Shown in pieces: positions 9,354-19,877 of a stretch of DNA of 47,518 nucleotides. The stretch comes from Nitrososphaera sp. Its GTDB lineage: Archaea > Thermoproteota > Nitrososphaeria > Nitrososphaerales > Nitrososphaeraceae. How positions within the stretch are numbered: the first letter of the stretch is position 1; each line of letters opens with the position of its first letter. The notes beneath the pieces were generated by a model, which saw only the letters and a list, made by a program, of their open reading frames with translations, had not been told where the DNA came from and did not search any database. The stretch is taken from NCBI GenBank assembly GCA_035253605.1, contig DATFBV010000118.1:1-47518 (forward strand), read 5' to 3'. The translations under genes were made by a program, and so were the position numbers.

Positions 9354-10540
9354 TCCGGCATTTCCTTGGCCGTTTTCGAAGTTAGTTCAAACCTGTTTCT
9401 AGCATTTTCAGCTCGCCTTAGCGCTTCTTCTACCGTTCTGCCTGTCGCAGTAATATGACCTAGCTTGCGCCCAGGCTTTGATGTTTTCTTGCCATATAAA
9501 TAAAGTTTAACGCTTGGAACACTTAAGAGCCGCCTGAGACCCTTGATGGCATAGGATCCGCTTGAATGTTCATTTCCGAGTATGTTAACCATGACTGCTG
9601 GACAAAGTAATTCAGGCTTGCTTAATGGCAGGTCTAGAACAGCCCTCAGGTGCTGTTCAAATTGCGACACGGAACAGGCTTCATTAGTATAGTGCCCAGA
9701 ATTATGCGGCCTCGGGGCGATTTCATTTATCAAAACATCCCCGTTTTTTGTAACAAACATCTCTATTCCAAATATTCCTGCCCCTTTTAATACCTCCATG
9801 GTCATCTCCGCCATCCTTTTTGCCTTTACCTCGACCTCTTCGGTGATACCTGCTGGGACTATTGAAGTGTCTAAGATGCCGTTTTTGTGTATGTTCTCCG
9901 CGACGGGGAATGATGCCACCTCTCCACTAGGGTTACGGGCAACCATTATTGAGATCTCTTTGGTAAAAGGGACAAATTTTTCTACCATTAGCTCATTTCC
10001 AGAAAAATAGTTAAAGGCCTCAGGTACTTGCGCACCGGAGGTTATTAGAAAATTGCCACGCCCGTCGTACGAGTTCTCACATGCCTTAAGCATAACAGGA
10101 AAACCAAAGCTATCGCACAATTGGTACAGGTGTTCTTCTGATCTAACTCGGTCAAAATCTACGACATCAATCTTATGCTGCCTCAGAAAGGATTTTTGTC
10201 TAAATTTATTTTGAACAATATGAAGCGTTTCTGGTGCGGGCCGGACTGGATAATTTCGTAATTCAAGAGTCTTTAAAGCCGCAGAATTTGCAAGCTCTAT
10301 CTCATAGGTTAGAACATCACTTTTTTCTGCTAATTGCATTATTGCGTTTTCATCTTTGAAATCAGCCACTATCTGCTCATCTGCAATGCTTGAAGCAGGG
10401 CATCCTTGTGTTGGATCCAGAACAATAACTTTAAGTGACATCCGCCTCGCTTCGTGGGCAATCATTTTTCCAAGCTGACCTCCTCCTATAATGCCAACAC
10501 GTATTGGTGTTTCAATTGCGAGAAGGTCGTTATTTACCAT
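9350..10540 (-). CDS. purK: N5-CAIR synthase (ATP-grasp)
   Basis: [26 protein letters not shown] and RKLGH motifs; 4-bp overlap with purE. Confidence 0.96.
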   Translation of the reverse strand: MVNNDLLAIETPIRVGIIGGGQLGKMIAHEARRMSLKVIVLDPTQGCPASSIADEQIVADFKDENAIMQLAEKSDVLTYEIELANSAALKTLELRNYPVRPAPETLHIVQNKFRQKSFLRQHKIDVVDFDRVRSEEHLYQLCDSFGFPVMLKACENSYDGRGNFLITSGAQVPEAFNYFSGNELMVEKFVPFTKEISIMVARNPSGEVASFPVAENIHKNGILDTSIVPAGITEEVEVKAKRMAEMTMEVLKGAGIFGIEMFVTKNGDVLINEIAPRPHNSGHYTNEACSVSQFEQHLRAVLDLPLSKPELLCPAVMVNILGNEHSSGSYAIKGLRRLLSVPSVKLYLYGKKTSKPGRKLGHITATGRTVEEALRRAENARNRFELTSKTAKEMPE

Positions 10541-10634
10541 ATCTGGCTAGATAACATGATTAGCCGCATCGTTAAATGTCTTTCAATCATGACAGATATA
10601 TTTTTTATTGTATCAACATCTAGTCAATGCAATC

Positions 10635-11468
10635 ATGAGGTTGATGCGCGTTGGAAAGGTCAAGGACTTATACGAGCTTGACAACGGGAATATAATGTTT
10701 CATTTCTCAGATCGCATCTCTGCTTTTGACGTCAAGATGGCGACCCCGATTCCAAAAAAGGGTCAGGTTTTATGTAAATTTGCTGAGTTCTGGTTTGATA
10801 CACTTGAAACTCCTAATCATATGGTAAAAGTGGTCGCCAACGATAAAATGGAGGTCAAAAAATTACAAATGATACCTCTCGAATGTGTTGTAAGAGGATA
10901 CTTTTATGGTAGCCTTATCGAACGGTATAAAGAACACTTGGGAAGAGAGTTTCCTTCAGATTTCAGGCCAGTTTTGGGATCGAAACTGCGTAGGCCAATA
11001 TTCGATCCTACCACAAAATCTGAAGAGCACGATAGACCTATCGAGCGTCATAGAGCAATTTCTTTAGGCATTTTGTCTGACAACGACTATGATTTCCTTG
11101 AAAGGACATCTATATCACTTTACAATAAAATGGCAGAAGTCGTTGACAGGGCAGGATTTATCATAGCCGATGTCAAGTTCGAATTTGGCCTAGATGAAAA
11201 GGGCAACATACTCCTTGGAGACTCCCTAGGACCAGATGAGTACCGGCTATGGCTCAAGGCTGCCTACAAACCAGGCAAAACCCAGGAAAGCTATGACAAA
11301 CAGTTGTTGCGGGATTGGCTAATCAAGATCGGATTTAAAGACGAAATAGAGAGGCTTGCCAAGGAAGGCAGAAAACCGCAATCTCCTGAAATCAGTTCCC
11401 AGGTAGTCAACGAACTGAGCAGGCGTTACATCTATGCCTATGAGCTTATAACCGGCCACAGGATTTAG
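10635..11468 (+). CDS. purC: SAICAR synthetase
   Basis: GKVKDLY, SDRISAFD, ECVVRGY, ADVKFEFG and SYDKQ motifs; ATG10635 preferred. Confidence 0.95.
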   Translation: MRLMRVGKVKDLYELDNGNIMFHFSDRISAFDVKMATPIPKKGQVLCKFAEFWFDTLETPNHMVKVVANDKMEVKKLQMIPLECVVRGYFYGSLIERYKEHLGREFPSDFRPVLGSKLRRPIFDPTTKSEEHDRPIERHRAISLGILSDNDYDFLERTSISLYNKMAEVVDRAGFIIADVKFEFGLDEKGNILLGDSLGPDEYRLWLKAAYKPGKTQESYDKQLLRDWLIKIGFKDEIERLAKEGRKPQSPEISSQVVNELSRRYIYAYELITGHRI

Positions 11469-11682
11469 CTCTATTTTAGGACTGGATATAATCATTTTTG
11501 TTGGCATGTAAACTTGAGGCCTTGCTTATACATCTAAAATTGATTAGTTAGCATCATATTTTATATGTACCTATTTGATATCTATTAGACTATTATCGTG
11601 TTCTTGATAATATTACCAATTGCATCATAATTTTAGTGTTAAATAAAGATTCACCAGATGTCAACTATAATAATCTTATAAC

Positions 11683-11699
11683 TGTTAAAACATTTAACA
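11683..11699. promoter_or_regulatory. 7-3-7 inverted repeat TGTTAAA-ACA-TTTAACA upstream of an ArsR-type regulator (possible operator)
   Basis: Perfect inverted arms in an AT-rich intergenic region about 65 bp upstream of ATG11764. Confidence 0.3.
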
Positions 11700-11763
11700 A
11701 CAAACGCAAAAGGAACTGATAATACTCTTTTTACTAAATTACATGTTCTTTCTTGTCGTCACA

Positions 11764-12324
11764 ATGGTTGGAACGCTTTTTGAGAATGAGGTCAGGCTGA
11801 AAGGAGTCACCACACTGGGATATCAGTCAGCTCACGCGCTAAATGACCCTATTAGGATAAAGATCTTAGAGATCTTAAGCCATAGGCAAATGACGGCAGA
11901 AGAGATACACAAGATACTTCGTCGCAGCGGCCACAAAAAAGCCACAACTACTATCAGACACCATCTTGACATTCTGAAAAATGCCGGCCTCATCGAAGTC
12001 ACAAAAATGGTCGAGGTGAGGGGTGCTGTCAGAAAGTATTACATGCCAACTCTCCGTGCATTCAGCTATAACATCCCAAATCTTGAAAAACAATACAAGC
12101 TAATAGGAGATACCAGTTCGAGGTTGGTGAAAGTACTAAAAGGCATATTTGAAGACGAAATATTCGTTGCACAGATTAGTGGAAAGGATAGTTGCAATCT
12201 TTGCAAAGGTGACCACTACAAAGAGTACGTTGCATTTGAAATACTAAACACTGCTTTGGCTAAGACACTACAAAGTGAAGAATATGCTATGATCATTGAA
12301 GGAAAAAAGCAGACCAGCAAGTGA
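11764..12324 (+). CDS. ArsR-family winged-HTH transcriptional regulator
   Basis: ALNDPIRIKILEIL...TIRHHLDILKNAGLI; C-terminal CNLC motif. Alternative start 11743. Confidence 0.85.
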   Translation: MVGTLFENEVRLKGVTTLGYQSAHALNDPIRIKILEILSHRQMTAEEIHKILRRSGHKKATTTIRHHLDILKNAGLIEVTKMVEVRGAVRKYYMPTLRAFSYNIPNLEKQYKLIGDTSSRLVKVLKGIFEDEIFVAQISGKDSCNLCKGDHYKEYVAFEILNTALAKTLQSEEYAMIIEGKKQTSK

Positions 12325-12326
12325 GA

Positions 12327-12746
12327 TTATTCAAGTGTGATTCTGAATATCCCTTTTGTCTCTTGGTCTTGCAGCATCTCTACCAATATCCTTGGGATAT
12401 CTGAAGACGCCTTGTCACATAGAACTGACATCGTTCTCGGGCATACAAAATTTGACTTGCGTATTACTATATCATTTGCATTTAACATGCTGATGCGCTC
12501 GTCACCTCTGCCTGATATAAGGAACGATTCATCTCCAACCATTATCTCTATTTTTATTACTGAATAGTTTGATTTTAGCCTGTGCTTGAATGATTCGTCC
12601 AAATCAGCGCACCCCTTGTTAGCTTTTACTCCAATTATACAGTCACCTCTGGGTGTCAAGTGCTCATCCTTTGTTATTTCAATAGTTTTGGTATGAAGCG
12701 AGCGAATATTTGGGTGGCCATAAAACGTCACCTCATCCTGAAACAT
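12327..12746 (-). CDS. DUF371 domain protein
   Basis: GHPNI, TIEITKD, LTPRGDCIIGV and IRKS motifs. Confidence 0.88.
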   Translation of the reverse strand: MFQDEVTFYGHPNIRSLHTKTIEITKDEHLTPRGDCIIGVKANKGCADLDESFKHRLKSNYSVIKIEIMVGDESFLISGRGDERISMLNANDIVIRKSNFVCPRTMSVLCDKASSDIPRILVEMLQDQETKGIFRITLE

Positions 12747-12855
12747 GGCTGTTCATGCCAGGATACGTTATTAAAATCATGCAAGATTGCATTTGCTTTG
12801 GAGTGTTCCCTCATAGGTAGGCTTAAATGGAACGTTACAAAAAAATTAGATCGAA

Positions 12856-13593
12856 TTGTTACCAGCAGCAGCGGGCTATGACCGAGCCATTACAGTATTT
12901 TCGCCAGACGGAAGGCTTTACCAAGTAGAGTATGCAATTGAAACCGTCAGACGTGGAACACTTGCAATAGGCGTTAAAAGTACAGATGGAGTAATCCTTG
13001 CAGTAGAGGAAAAAACGAGAAAGCTTCAGTTATCAAATGTTACCCAAAAGATCTTTCAAGTGGATGATCACATAGGCGTCGCGGCTGCAGGATATATACC
13101 TGACGCGCGAACTCAGGTAGATCATGCAAGGTTTTTTGCGCAGAGCAACAGGCTGATATACGATGAGCCTGTGGATGTTGAAGGTGTCGCAAAGAACCTC
13201 GCAGACATGGCTCAGCAATTTACACAGTATGCAGGTGTCAGACCATTTGGCGTTGCGTTGATACTTGCAGGCGTTGACAAGAATGGGTCTGCCCTTTATC
13301 TGACAGACCCAAGTGGGACATATATAGGCTATGATGCTGTCGCGATCGGCGCAGGGAGCGATCAGGTGACTGAATTCCTAGAAAAAAACTACAAACCGGA
13401 CATCGGTCTTGAAGAAGGTGCTGCTCTTGCCATTGAGTCAATATATCTCGTTAGTGAGGAAAAGACAAGCACTAGGCACTTGAAGATGGCCGTAATCGAT
13501 AACAAAGCCAAGACAATGCGAAAGGCGGAAGAGGATGAAATTCAAAGATACGCTGCAACTGCGAGAGACAGGGCCTCAAAGCGCGGTGCCTGA
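12856..13593 (+). CDS. psmA: 20S proteasome alpha subunit
   Basis: YDRAITVFSPDGRLYQVEYA, RPFGV and TDPSG motifs; TTG start. Confidence 0.97.
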   Translation: MLPAAAGYDRAITVFSPDGRLYQVEYAIETVRRGTLAIGVKSTDGVILAVEEKTRKLQLSNVTQKIFQVDDHIGVAAAGYIPDARTQVDHARFFAQSNRLIYDEPVDVEGVAKNLADMAQQFTQYAGVRPFGVALILAGVDKNGSALYLTDPSGTYIGYDAVAIGAGSDQVTEFLEKNYKPDIGLEEGAALAIESIYLVSEEKTSTRHLKMAVIDNKAKTMRKAEEDEIQRYAATARDRASKRGA

Positions 13594-13633
13594 TAAAAGC
13601 AATTTATAGACATATTGCGAAATTAGATTAACA

Positions 13634-14296
13634 ATGGTAGCGACAATAGGCGCAAAAGCTCCAAATCTGGAGGTCTCGACCTGGGTACAAGGAAAACCAA
13701 CAAACATTGATAAGGAGAGCGGCAATGTCGTGGTAGTTGAAGTATTTCAGGTCAATTGCCCTGGCTGCTTCCTTTACAGTATACCTGAAGTAATTGATAT
13801 TTATAGAAGATACAGAGATAAGGGCCTCACAGTTCTCGGCCTTGCAACTGCCTTTGAGGATTTCGATAAGAACAATCTTGATAACCTTCAAAAATTAGTC
13901 AGTACAGGCGAAGTCGTAGGAGAGACATATCGGGCATTCAGTAACATTGGCCAGATAAGAGATGGCAGTAAATTACCCTACAAAATACCTTTTCCTGTTG
14001 CAATGGACATGCTGGTGAAGCAATCTGGCTCACTGACGCAAAGTAAGGTCATGGACTTTATCGAAGCCAACATCCCTAGCTTTGGGTCATATGCTGAAAA
14101 AGATAGACAGGTGCTGATTGAGCGCGTAAAACAATACCTGAAATCGAAGGAGTACTCGGCTAAGACTTTTGATGAATATGCTTTGCGTGGCACGCCATCA
14201 GTGATCCTTGTCGACAGAAAAGGAGTTTTGAGGGGAACTTACTTTGGATCAAATGGTTTTTTGGAAGGCGCAGTTGAAGAGCTGGTAGGGGAGTAA
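13634..14296 (+). CDS. TlpA/redoxin-like thioredoxin-fold protein
   Basis: FQVNCPGC active site; GTPSVILVDRKG cis-Pro motif. Confidence 0.82.
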   Translation: MVATIGAKAPNLEVSTWVQGKPTNIDKESGNVVVVEVFQVNCPGCFLYSIPEVIDIYRRYRDKGLTVLGLATAFEDFDKNNLDNLQKLVSTGEVVGETYRAFSNIGQIRDGSKLPYKIPFPVAMDMLVKQSGSLTQSKVMDFIEANIPSFGSYAEKDRQVLIERVKQYLKSKEYSAKTFDEYALRGTPSVILVDRKGVLRGTYFGSNGFLEGAVEELVGE

Positions 14297-15132
14297 TGCC
14301 TGATCTTTGGATCACAATACCAGATTCCTCACTTTCAGATGAACAGACAAAGCGCGACAAAAGCATAAAAATAGCGCAGTTTGCTCGTGCCTGCTCCATT
14401 TTTAGAGTGAAGAGGGTGTATATCTATCACGATGCTCTATCTCATTTCGAAAAAGACGATCTTGATTTGCTCAAGACAATCCTCCGTTATCTTGACACAC
14501 CCCAGTATCTCCGAAAAATGCTCTTTCCCATGATGCATCAGCTCCAATACGCAGGGATACTTCACCCGATAAAGGCGCCACACCATAGGGTACTCGAGGA
14601 CATCAACAAAGTGAAAGCAGGAGATATCCGCGCAGGCGTTATCGTCAAGGTCAAGGGTCAGCTATTCGTTGAAGTAGGCCTAGGATCTCTTGTCCCCTTT
14701 GCAGGTGAGGGTCTTGAAGGTAAGAAAGTGAATGTCAGGTTGACCTCATCCTATCCAAACCTCAAGGCTATCCAAGCAACAGAGGAAGACATTCTTGATT
14801 ATTGGGGCTATGAAGTAAAAGAAGTTCCTTCAATTTCCAAACTTCTTGCAAGTGTTGAAAAAACTGCCATAATTATTACGTCGAGAAAGGGTCGTTACTT
14901 TAAAAACATTGAGACGCGAATTGCTGAACACACCAAAAATGTCCAGAATATTCTAGTTGCGTTTGGAGCGCCCAAGCACGGCCTTCATGAGATCCTCGCC
15001 AAGGAAGGTGCCAGCATTCGGCCCTACGAATACGTTGTAAACATGTTTCCAAATCAAGGCACTGAAACTGTAAGACTCGAAGAAGCAGTACTTGGAACTC
15101 TGGCCATATTGAATGGCGCACTTTACAGTTAA
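14296..15132 (+). CDS. SPOUT RNA methyltransferase (MTH1/SPOUT1-like)
   Basis: ARACSIFRV, TPQYLRK, AGILHPI, YWGY and PNQGTETVRLEEA motifs; lies upstream of rpl3. Confidence 0.9.
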   Translation: MPDLWITIPDSSLSDEQTKRDKSIKIAQFARACSIFRVKRVYIYHDALSHFEKDDLDLLKTILRYLDTPQYLRKMLFPMMHQLQYAGILHPIKAPHHRVLEDINKVKAGDIRAGVIVKVKGQLFVEVGLGSLVPFAGEGLEGKKVNVRLTSSYPNLKAIQATEEDILDYWGYEVKEVPSISKLLASVEKTAIIITSRKGRYFKNIETRIAEHTKNVQNILVAFGAPKHGLHEILAKEGASIRPYEYVVNMFPNQGTETVRLEEAVLGTLAILNGALYS

Positions 15133-15473
15133 CCAAATGTTCGGCCCAGCCTGAATAAGATCCTCGGAGATTACGATTACTAATACAGGCCAAGAGTAGT
15201 GCCATTTATCTAGAATGGCTGCGCCATACTCATCTTTGCTCTTGTTCGGCCACAGACCAGAATCCCTCAAGCAAATCAGCAACCGGAGTACTGGAAGAGA
15301 TGCTAGGATGGATAACATTTCGACATGTATATCTTCTCAATCCATGGAAACATATAGACGATGGTGAAAAGGGAACATTGTATCGATTTTATTATGAAAA
15401 GAGTATATCTTGTACCTAGAAGCCTACTGTAACGGATAAATTTAATACTGCTACTAGAGGAGTTATCGGCAAT

Positions 15474-15629
15474 ATGTCTGCTTCCAGCATTGGTCCGACT
15501 ACTGACAGCGGAGACAAAGCTAATCCTAGGGCAAGGATAGCCCAACCATTTGTATGCCAGGCATGTGGCAAATTATTCAAGTCCGACAACGAGCTTAATT
15601 TGCACAAGAGTTTAGACCACAAACCATAA
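15474..15629 (+). CDS. small C2H2 zinc-finger protein (51 aa, not in the ORF track)
   Basis: Manual translation ends FVCQACGKLFKSDNELNLHKSLDHKP, a classical C-x2-C-x3-F-x5-L-x2-H-x4-H; TTTAATA about 30 nt upstream. Confidence 0.75.
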   Translation: MSASSIGPTTDSGDKANPRARIAQPFVCQACGKLFKSDNELNLHKSLDHKP

Positions 15630-15869
15630 AATCTGTTTAATCTAGGAGGGCTACTTGTTCTCCCCAATAGCGCAGCGTATGTGCGTATGTCTGTGTCTCT
15701 CTCTGAGCACCTTCATGTATTACTCTGTCACGCTACACCGCGATGTGGCAATCTTGCAATACCTATTCTCAATATTATTGTCGAATTTTCATGTTTTCAT
15801 GTATTTGCTCTTACCATCTGCTTTGGTCAAATGACTTATTAAAGGGAGAGGCAGTGTGGTGCAGTATCT

Positions 15870-16868
15870 ATGGGTCATCGTAAGTACAGCGCCCCAAGAA
15901 GGGGTAGCATTGCTTTTAGACCAAGAGCAAGAGCTAAGAGTTTAGAGGCGAGGGTAAGAACCTGGCCTCAGCTTTCAGCAGAGAAGAGTTCTCTTTTAGG
16001 TTTTGCAGGTTTCAAAGCTGGTGGCATTCAGATCCTGACAGTCGATGACAGGGAAAAGACTCCAAACTTTGGCAAGCAGCTGTTAAATGCTGCAACTGTA
16101 ATTGCGACGCCACCGATCAGAATTATCGGCGTTCGCGGTTACAAACATGATCTTTACGGTCAGCACGCTATATTTGATGTCTATGCCAAGGACCTACCAA
16201 AAGAGCTGTCGCGCAAATTTGATGCGAAGAGTAAGGAGGATGGATTATCAAAAGCAGAATCTCTCCTTGATAGTGCAAGAGATGTGATGGCGGTTGTTGC
16301 AGTGTCTCCAAATTCAATTGGCCTTCCACAAAAAGTGCCTTTCGTTTTTGAAGTCGCGGTTTCTGGCGAGGATGCTAGGTCGCAATATGATTCTGTAAGA
16401 AGCATTCTGGGAAAGGAAATAAAGATAACTGATGTTTTTCAAGTTGGACAGAATATTGATGTTTTCGGTATAACTCGTGGCAAAGGAATAGAAGGTCCCA
16501 TTACTAGGTTTGGCGTTAAGAGAAAACAACACAAATCAAGAAAGAGCGTCCGAGCAGTGGGTACATTGGGTCCAATCTCACCAGCTGTAGTTATGTATAC
16601 TGTTGCTAGGCAGGGTCAGAGGGGATTCCATCAGAGAACTGAATACAATAAGCGGATATTGGTAATTTCAAACACGGACAAAGACGCAGAGAATTCAATT
16701 AATCCACCAGGCGGCTTTAAACACTTTGGGCTGGTTAGAGGCGACTACATTGTGGTAAGAGGTTCAATCCCAGGCGTTCCGAAGCGGTTGGTAAAGATGA
16801 GACAGCCAATACGCGCTGCGTCGAAGAAGGTGCTTGAACCAAAGGTCTTGGAGGTAGTTGTGAAATGA
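15870..16868 (+). CDS. rpl3: 50S ribosomal protein L3
   Basis: PRRGSIAFRPR, GFHQRTEYNK and GGFKHFG motifs. Confidence 0.98.
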   Translation: MGHRKYSAPRRGSIAFRPRARAKSLEARVRTWPQLSAEKSSLLGFAGFKAGGIQILTVDDREKTPNFGKQLLNAATVIATPPIRIIGVRGYKHDLYGQHAIFDVYAKDLPKELSRKFDAKSKEDGLSKAESLLDSARDVMAVVAVSPNSIGLPQKVPFVFEVAVSGEDARSQYDSVRSILGKEIKITDVFQVGQNIDVFGITRGKGIEGPITRFGVKRKQHKSRKSVRAVGTLGPISPAVVMYTVARQGQRGFHQRTEYNKRILVISNTDKDAENSINPPGGFKHFGLVRGDYIVVRGSIPGVPKRLVKMRQPIRAASKKVLEPKVLEVVVK

Positions 16869-17677
16869 AAGCCAAAGTTATTCGACTAGATGGCACAGAA
16901 TCTGACGAGATAGAATTACCTCCGGTTTTTGACACCCCCTATCGACCTGAAGTGATTCATAAAGTATACGTGAATGTCCTTTCTCATTCGTATCAAAGAC
17001 AGGGACGATATCCTGCGGCTGGCGAGATGGTCAGTGCTGAATCCCGCAATACAGGGCTTGGGATCGCCCGTCTTGCAAGGGCCCGCGGAGAAGGTTTTCC
17101 TAGGGCAGGCCAGGCTGCTGGCGTGGCTGGCGTAAGACATGGACGAGTTGCCCACCCACCAGAGTCTTGGAAAATCATTTACAAAAAAATCAACCGTAAA
17201 GAAAAACAGCTTGGGCTTTGCTCTGCAATAGCAGTTACAGCAAAAAAGGAGCTGGTACAAAGACGTGGCCACAAGTTAGGTAATGAGATCAAACTTCCTC
17301 TAGTTGTTTCAAACGACATTGAATCAATAGTGAAAACCAAAGATCTCAAGAATGTGTTGATACGTCTTGGACTCGGAGATGATATTGCTCGGGCTAGTAT
17401 GGCGCGAAAGGCAAGATCAGGAACCCCAAGACGCAGAGGAAGGTCAACTCGGGCTGGAATAAGTGCCCTAATTATAGTTGGAAACGATTCTAAACTGGTT
17501 GGGCTTTCCCAGTCAATAGTGGGTGTTGACATCAAGCATGCCAAGGACGTTAGTATCCTTGATCTGGTGCCTGGTTCCAAACCAATAAGGTTAACAATCT
17601 TCTCGCAGAGTGCAATTGAATACATGAAAAAGCTCCAGGCACCTATGCACAAGGTATTGGAGGTAATCGCAAAGTGA
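16865..17677 (+). CDS. rpl4: 50S ribosomal protein L4
   Basis: SAESRNTGLGIAR, AHPP and KINRKE motifs. Confidence 0.97.
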   Translation: MKAKVIRLDGTESDEIELPPVFDTPYRPEVIHKVYVNVLSHSYQRQGRYPAAGEMVSAESRNTGLGIARLARARGEGFPRAGQAAGVAGVRHGRVAHPPESWKIIYKKINRKEKQLGLCSAIAVTAKKELVQRRGHKLGNEIKLPLVVSNDIESIVKTKDLKNVLIRLGLGDDIARASMARKARSGTPRRRGRSTRAGISALIIVGNDSKLVGLSQSIVGVDIKHAKDVSILDLVPGSKPIRLTIFSQSAIEYMKKLQAPMHKVLEVIAK

Positions 17678-18018
17678 GCAAAGAAAGAACAATAAAGCGA
17701 GCACCTGTAGGACAAAAGAAACAAGCTGCTGCACCTACGCCAAAGAGCGATATGAGCTCAGCGCAAGCAGCAACTCTGATACTCGCTCCATATGTTACGG
17801 AGAAGACGTTCAACCAAATAGAAAAAGAAAACAAGCTTGCTTTCATCGTAGCAGAAAAGGCTACTAAGAAGCAGATCATCGATGCCGTCGGTATACTCTA
17901 TGAGGCTGACATAGAAGAAGTTAACACTACAAGGACAATTCGCGGCAAGAAAGCCTTTGTCAAGTTCAAAACACCTGAAGGAGCAAGAGATCTTGCAACG
18001 AGATTGGCCTTAGTATAG
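17674..18018 (+). CDS. rpl23: 50S ribosomal protein L23
   Basis: PYVTEK, ENKLAFIV and KKAFVK motifs. Confidence 0.95.
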   Translation: MSKERTIKRAPVGQKKQAAAPTPKSDMSSAQAATLILAPYVTEKTFNQIEKENKLAFIVAEKATKKQIIDAVGILYEADIEEVNTTRTIRGKKAFVKFKTPEGARDLATRLALV

Positions 18019-18078
18019 AAAGGCTTTTTTCTCGTTAGATTTAAAAGTGGCCTAGAAGCCAGAGATGCAGTGATCTAA

Positions 18079-18486
18079 TTGGTACGTGAGTTTAAGTTTA
18101 AAGGTTACAGTCCTGAACAATTGCAATCGCTTTCAATAGAGAATCTGCTCCCGCTTCTCAATTCAAGACAGCGCAGATCGCTTGATAAGCGCGTCAGCTC
18201 CTATATGAATGACGAAAAGAGAAAGCTTCGTGAGAAGCTGAAACTCGCGAGAGACGGAAAGCTAAAGGGTCAATTGAGAACACATGCTCGCGACATGATT
18301 ATTCTTCCAGACATGGTTGGTCTAATTATTTACGTTCATAACGGCAAGGATTTTGTACAGGTTAACATGAAGCCTGAAATGATAGGACATTACCTTGGGG
18401 AATATGCGATTACAAATAAGCGTGTTCAGCACGGTACGCCCGGTGTAGGAGCTTCTAGGTCGAGCCTCTATGTTCCACTAAAGTGA
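18079..18486 (+). CDS. rps19: 30S ribosomal protein S19
   Basis: RTHARDMIILP, MIGHYLGE and GASRSSLYVPLK motifs. Confidence 0.97.
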   Translation: MVREFKFKGYSPEQLQSLSIENLLPLLNSRQRRSLDKRVSSYMNDEKRKLREKLKLARDGKLKGQLRTHARDMIILPDMVGLIIYVHNGKDFVQVNMKPEMIGHYLGEYAITNKRVQHGTPGVGASRSSLYVPLK

Positions 18487-18491
18487 TAAGT

Positions 18492-18968
18492 ATGCCACAC
18501 TTTGGTTATGCCTTTCAAAGTTACGATAAAACAAAACATGTGCGCGCTTCAATACGCGAAAAAGATATATCTCATAAGCATGCCCGGGAGATAGCTGTCG
18601 CCATTAAAGGCAGATCAATTGAAAAGGCACGCGAGTTACTTGAGAATGTTATTTCCCGCAAAGAAGCTATTCCGTACCGCCGCTACAATAACGAGGTAGC
18701 GCATAGGTCGAATATCCGTGATGGATTTTTTGCTGGCAGATTTCCCAAAAAAGCTGCATCTGAATTTCTGAGAATTTTAGACAATCTTGAATCTAATGCT
18801 GAATACAAGGGTATGGATCTTGACAGATTGCGTATTGTGAGTGCAGCGGTACATAAGGGCACAAAACTTAAGCGGTTCCAGCCACGAGCAATGGGCAGAT
18901 CAAGTCCAAAATTTGACACCTTGGTTCATGTGGAGCTTGTTGCACAGGAGGCAAGCGGTGAAGAATGA
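18492..18968 (+). CDS. rpl22: 50S ribosomal protein L22
   Basis: ISHKHAREI, GRFPKKA and PRAMGRS motifs. Confidence 0.97.
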   Translation: MPHFGYAFQSYDKTKHVRASIREKDISHKHAREIAVAIKGRSIEKARELLENVISRKEAIPYRRYNNEVAHRSNIRDGFFAGRFPKKAASEFLRILDNLESNAEYKGMDLDRLRIVSAAVHKGTKLKRFQPRAMGRSSPKFDTLVHVELVAQEASGEE

Positions 18969-19684
18969 GTGCAGTAAAAAATGTAATCAAGAATAACTTC
19001 CGCAACATGGAGCTCAATGAATATCTCGCTGGACAGCTTAAGGATGCAGGGTACGGAGGCATTGAGGTACAAAAGACTCCTGTGGGCGCAAGGATAACTG
19101 TCTATGTTACCAGGCCTGGACTTGCCATTGGCAGGAAAGGCGTTGGCATCAAGGACCTCATGACCAAGATCGAGCAAAAGTTCGGACTGCAAAACCCTCA
19201 GATTTCAGTTCTTGAAATTCCAAATCCTGAGCTTAATCCGCAGATCATGTGTAATAGAATCGCTCAGCTAATTGAGCGGGGTACCGCATTTCGGCGAGCA
19301 GCCATGTGGTCGCTCAATACAATAATGAGCGCGGGCGCGCTGGGGGTTGAGGTTGTGATTTCTGGAAAACTTAGAACAGAGCGTGCTCACTTTGAAAAGC
19401 ATACAATCGGCATTGTACCAAAGAGCGGTGACATTTCTGATAAGATAGTCAGGACAGGCATTACTCATGTGTTAACCAAGATGGGTTTGATGGGGATCCA
19501 GCTGAGAATTGCATCCAAGGTGTCACTACCTCAAGAATTTGAATTTAAGAATGAAGACACAGAGTTGCAGGCGTCTGCAACTCAACCAAGTCCTCAAATG
19601 GAGGAATCAGCCAAAAACGAACAGACCTCAGCAGCAGGTGAAGAACAGAGAGGAGGAGGAGGCAATCAGGATGCCAAGACTTAA
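18965..19684 (+). CDS. rps3: 30S ribosomal protein S3 with a low-complexity C-terminal tail
   Basis: RPGLAIGRKG, FRRAA and GVEVVISGKL motifs. Confidence 0.97.
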   Translation: MSAVKNVIKNNFRNMELNEYLAGQLKDAGYGGIEVQKTPVGARITVYVTRPGLAIGRKGVGIKDLMTKIEQKFGLQNPQISVLEIPNPELNPQIMCNRIAQLIERGTAFRRAAMWSLNTIMSAGALGVEVVISGKLRTERAHFEKHTIGIVPKSGDISDKIVRTGITHVLTKMGLMGIQLRIASKVSLPQEFEFKNEDTELQASATQPSPQMEESAKNEQTSAAGEEQRGGGGNQDAKT

Positions 19685-19877
19685 GCTAAAGACATTACGA
19701 GAGATGAACGATCAGGATCTAAGTGACAAGCTTGCCGAGCTCAAGACCGATCTTGGTAAACTTCAGCTTGAAAAGTCAAAGGGCACTCTCAAGAAGCAGA
19801 CAGGCAGCATTAAATGGCTCAGGCGTGATATTGCTCGCATGAATACAATAATGAACGAGAGAAAAAGTCAGAAATGA
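19671..19877 (+). CDS. rpl29: 50S ribosomal protein L29
   Basis: MPRLKLKTLREM...RRDIARMNT; ATG19671 is preceded by an (AGG)4 SD-like run. Confidence 0.93.
   Translation: MPRLKLKTLREMNDQDLSDKLAELKTDLGKLQLEKSKGTLKKQTGSIKWLRRDIARMNTIMNERKSQK

Noticed and set aside
19509-19670. 122-aa version of L29, or a frameshift fusion with S3
   Set aside because: The upstream part is simply an alternative frame of the S3 tail. ATG19671 with a GGAGG-rich run upstream explains L29.
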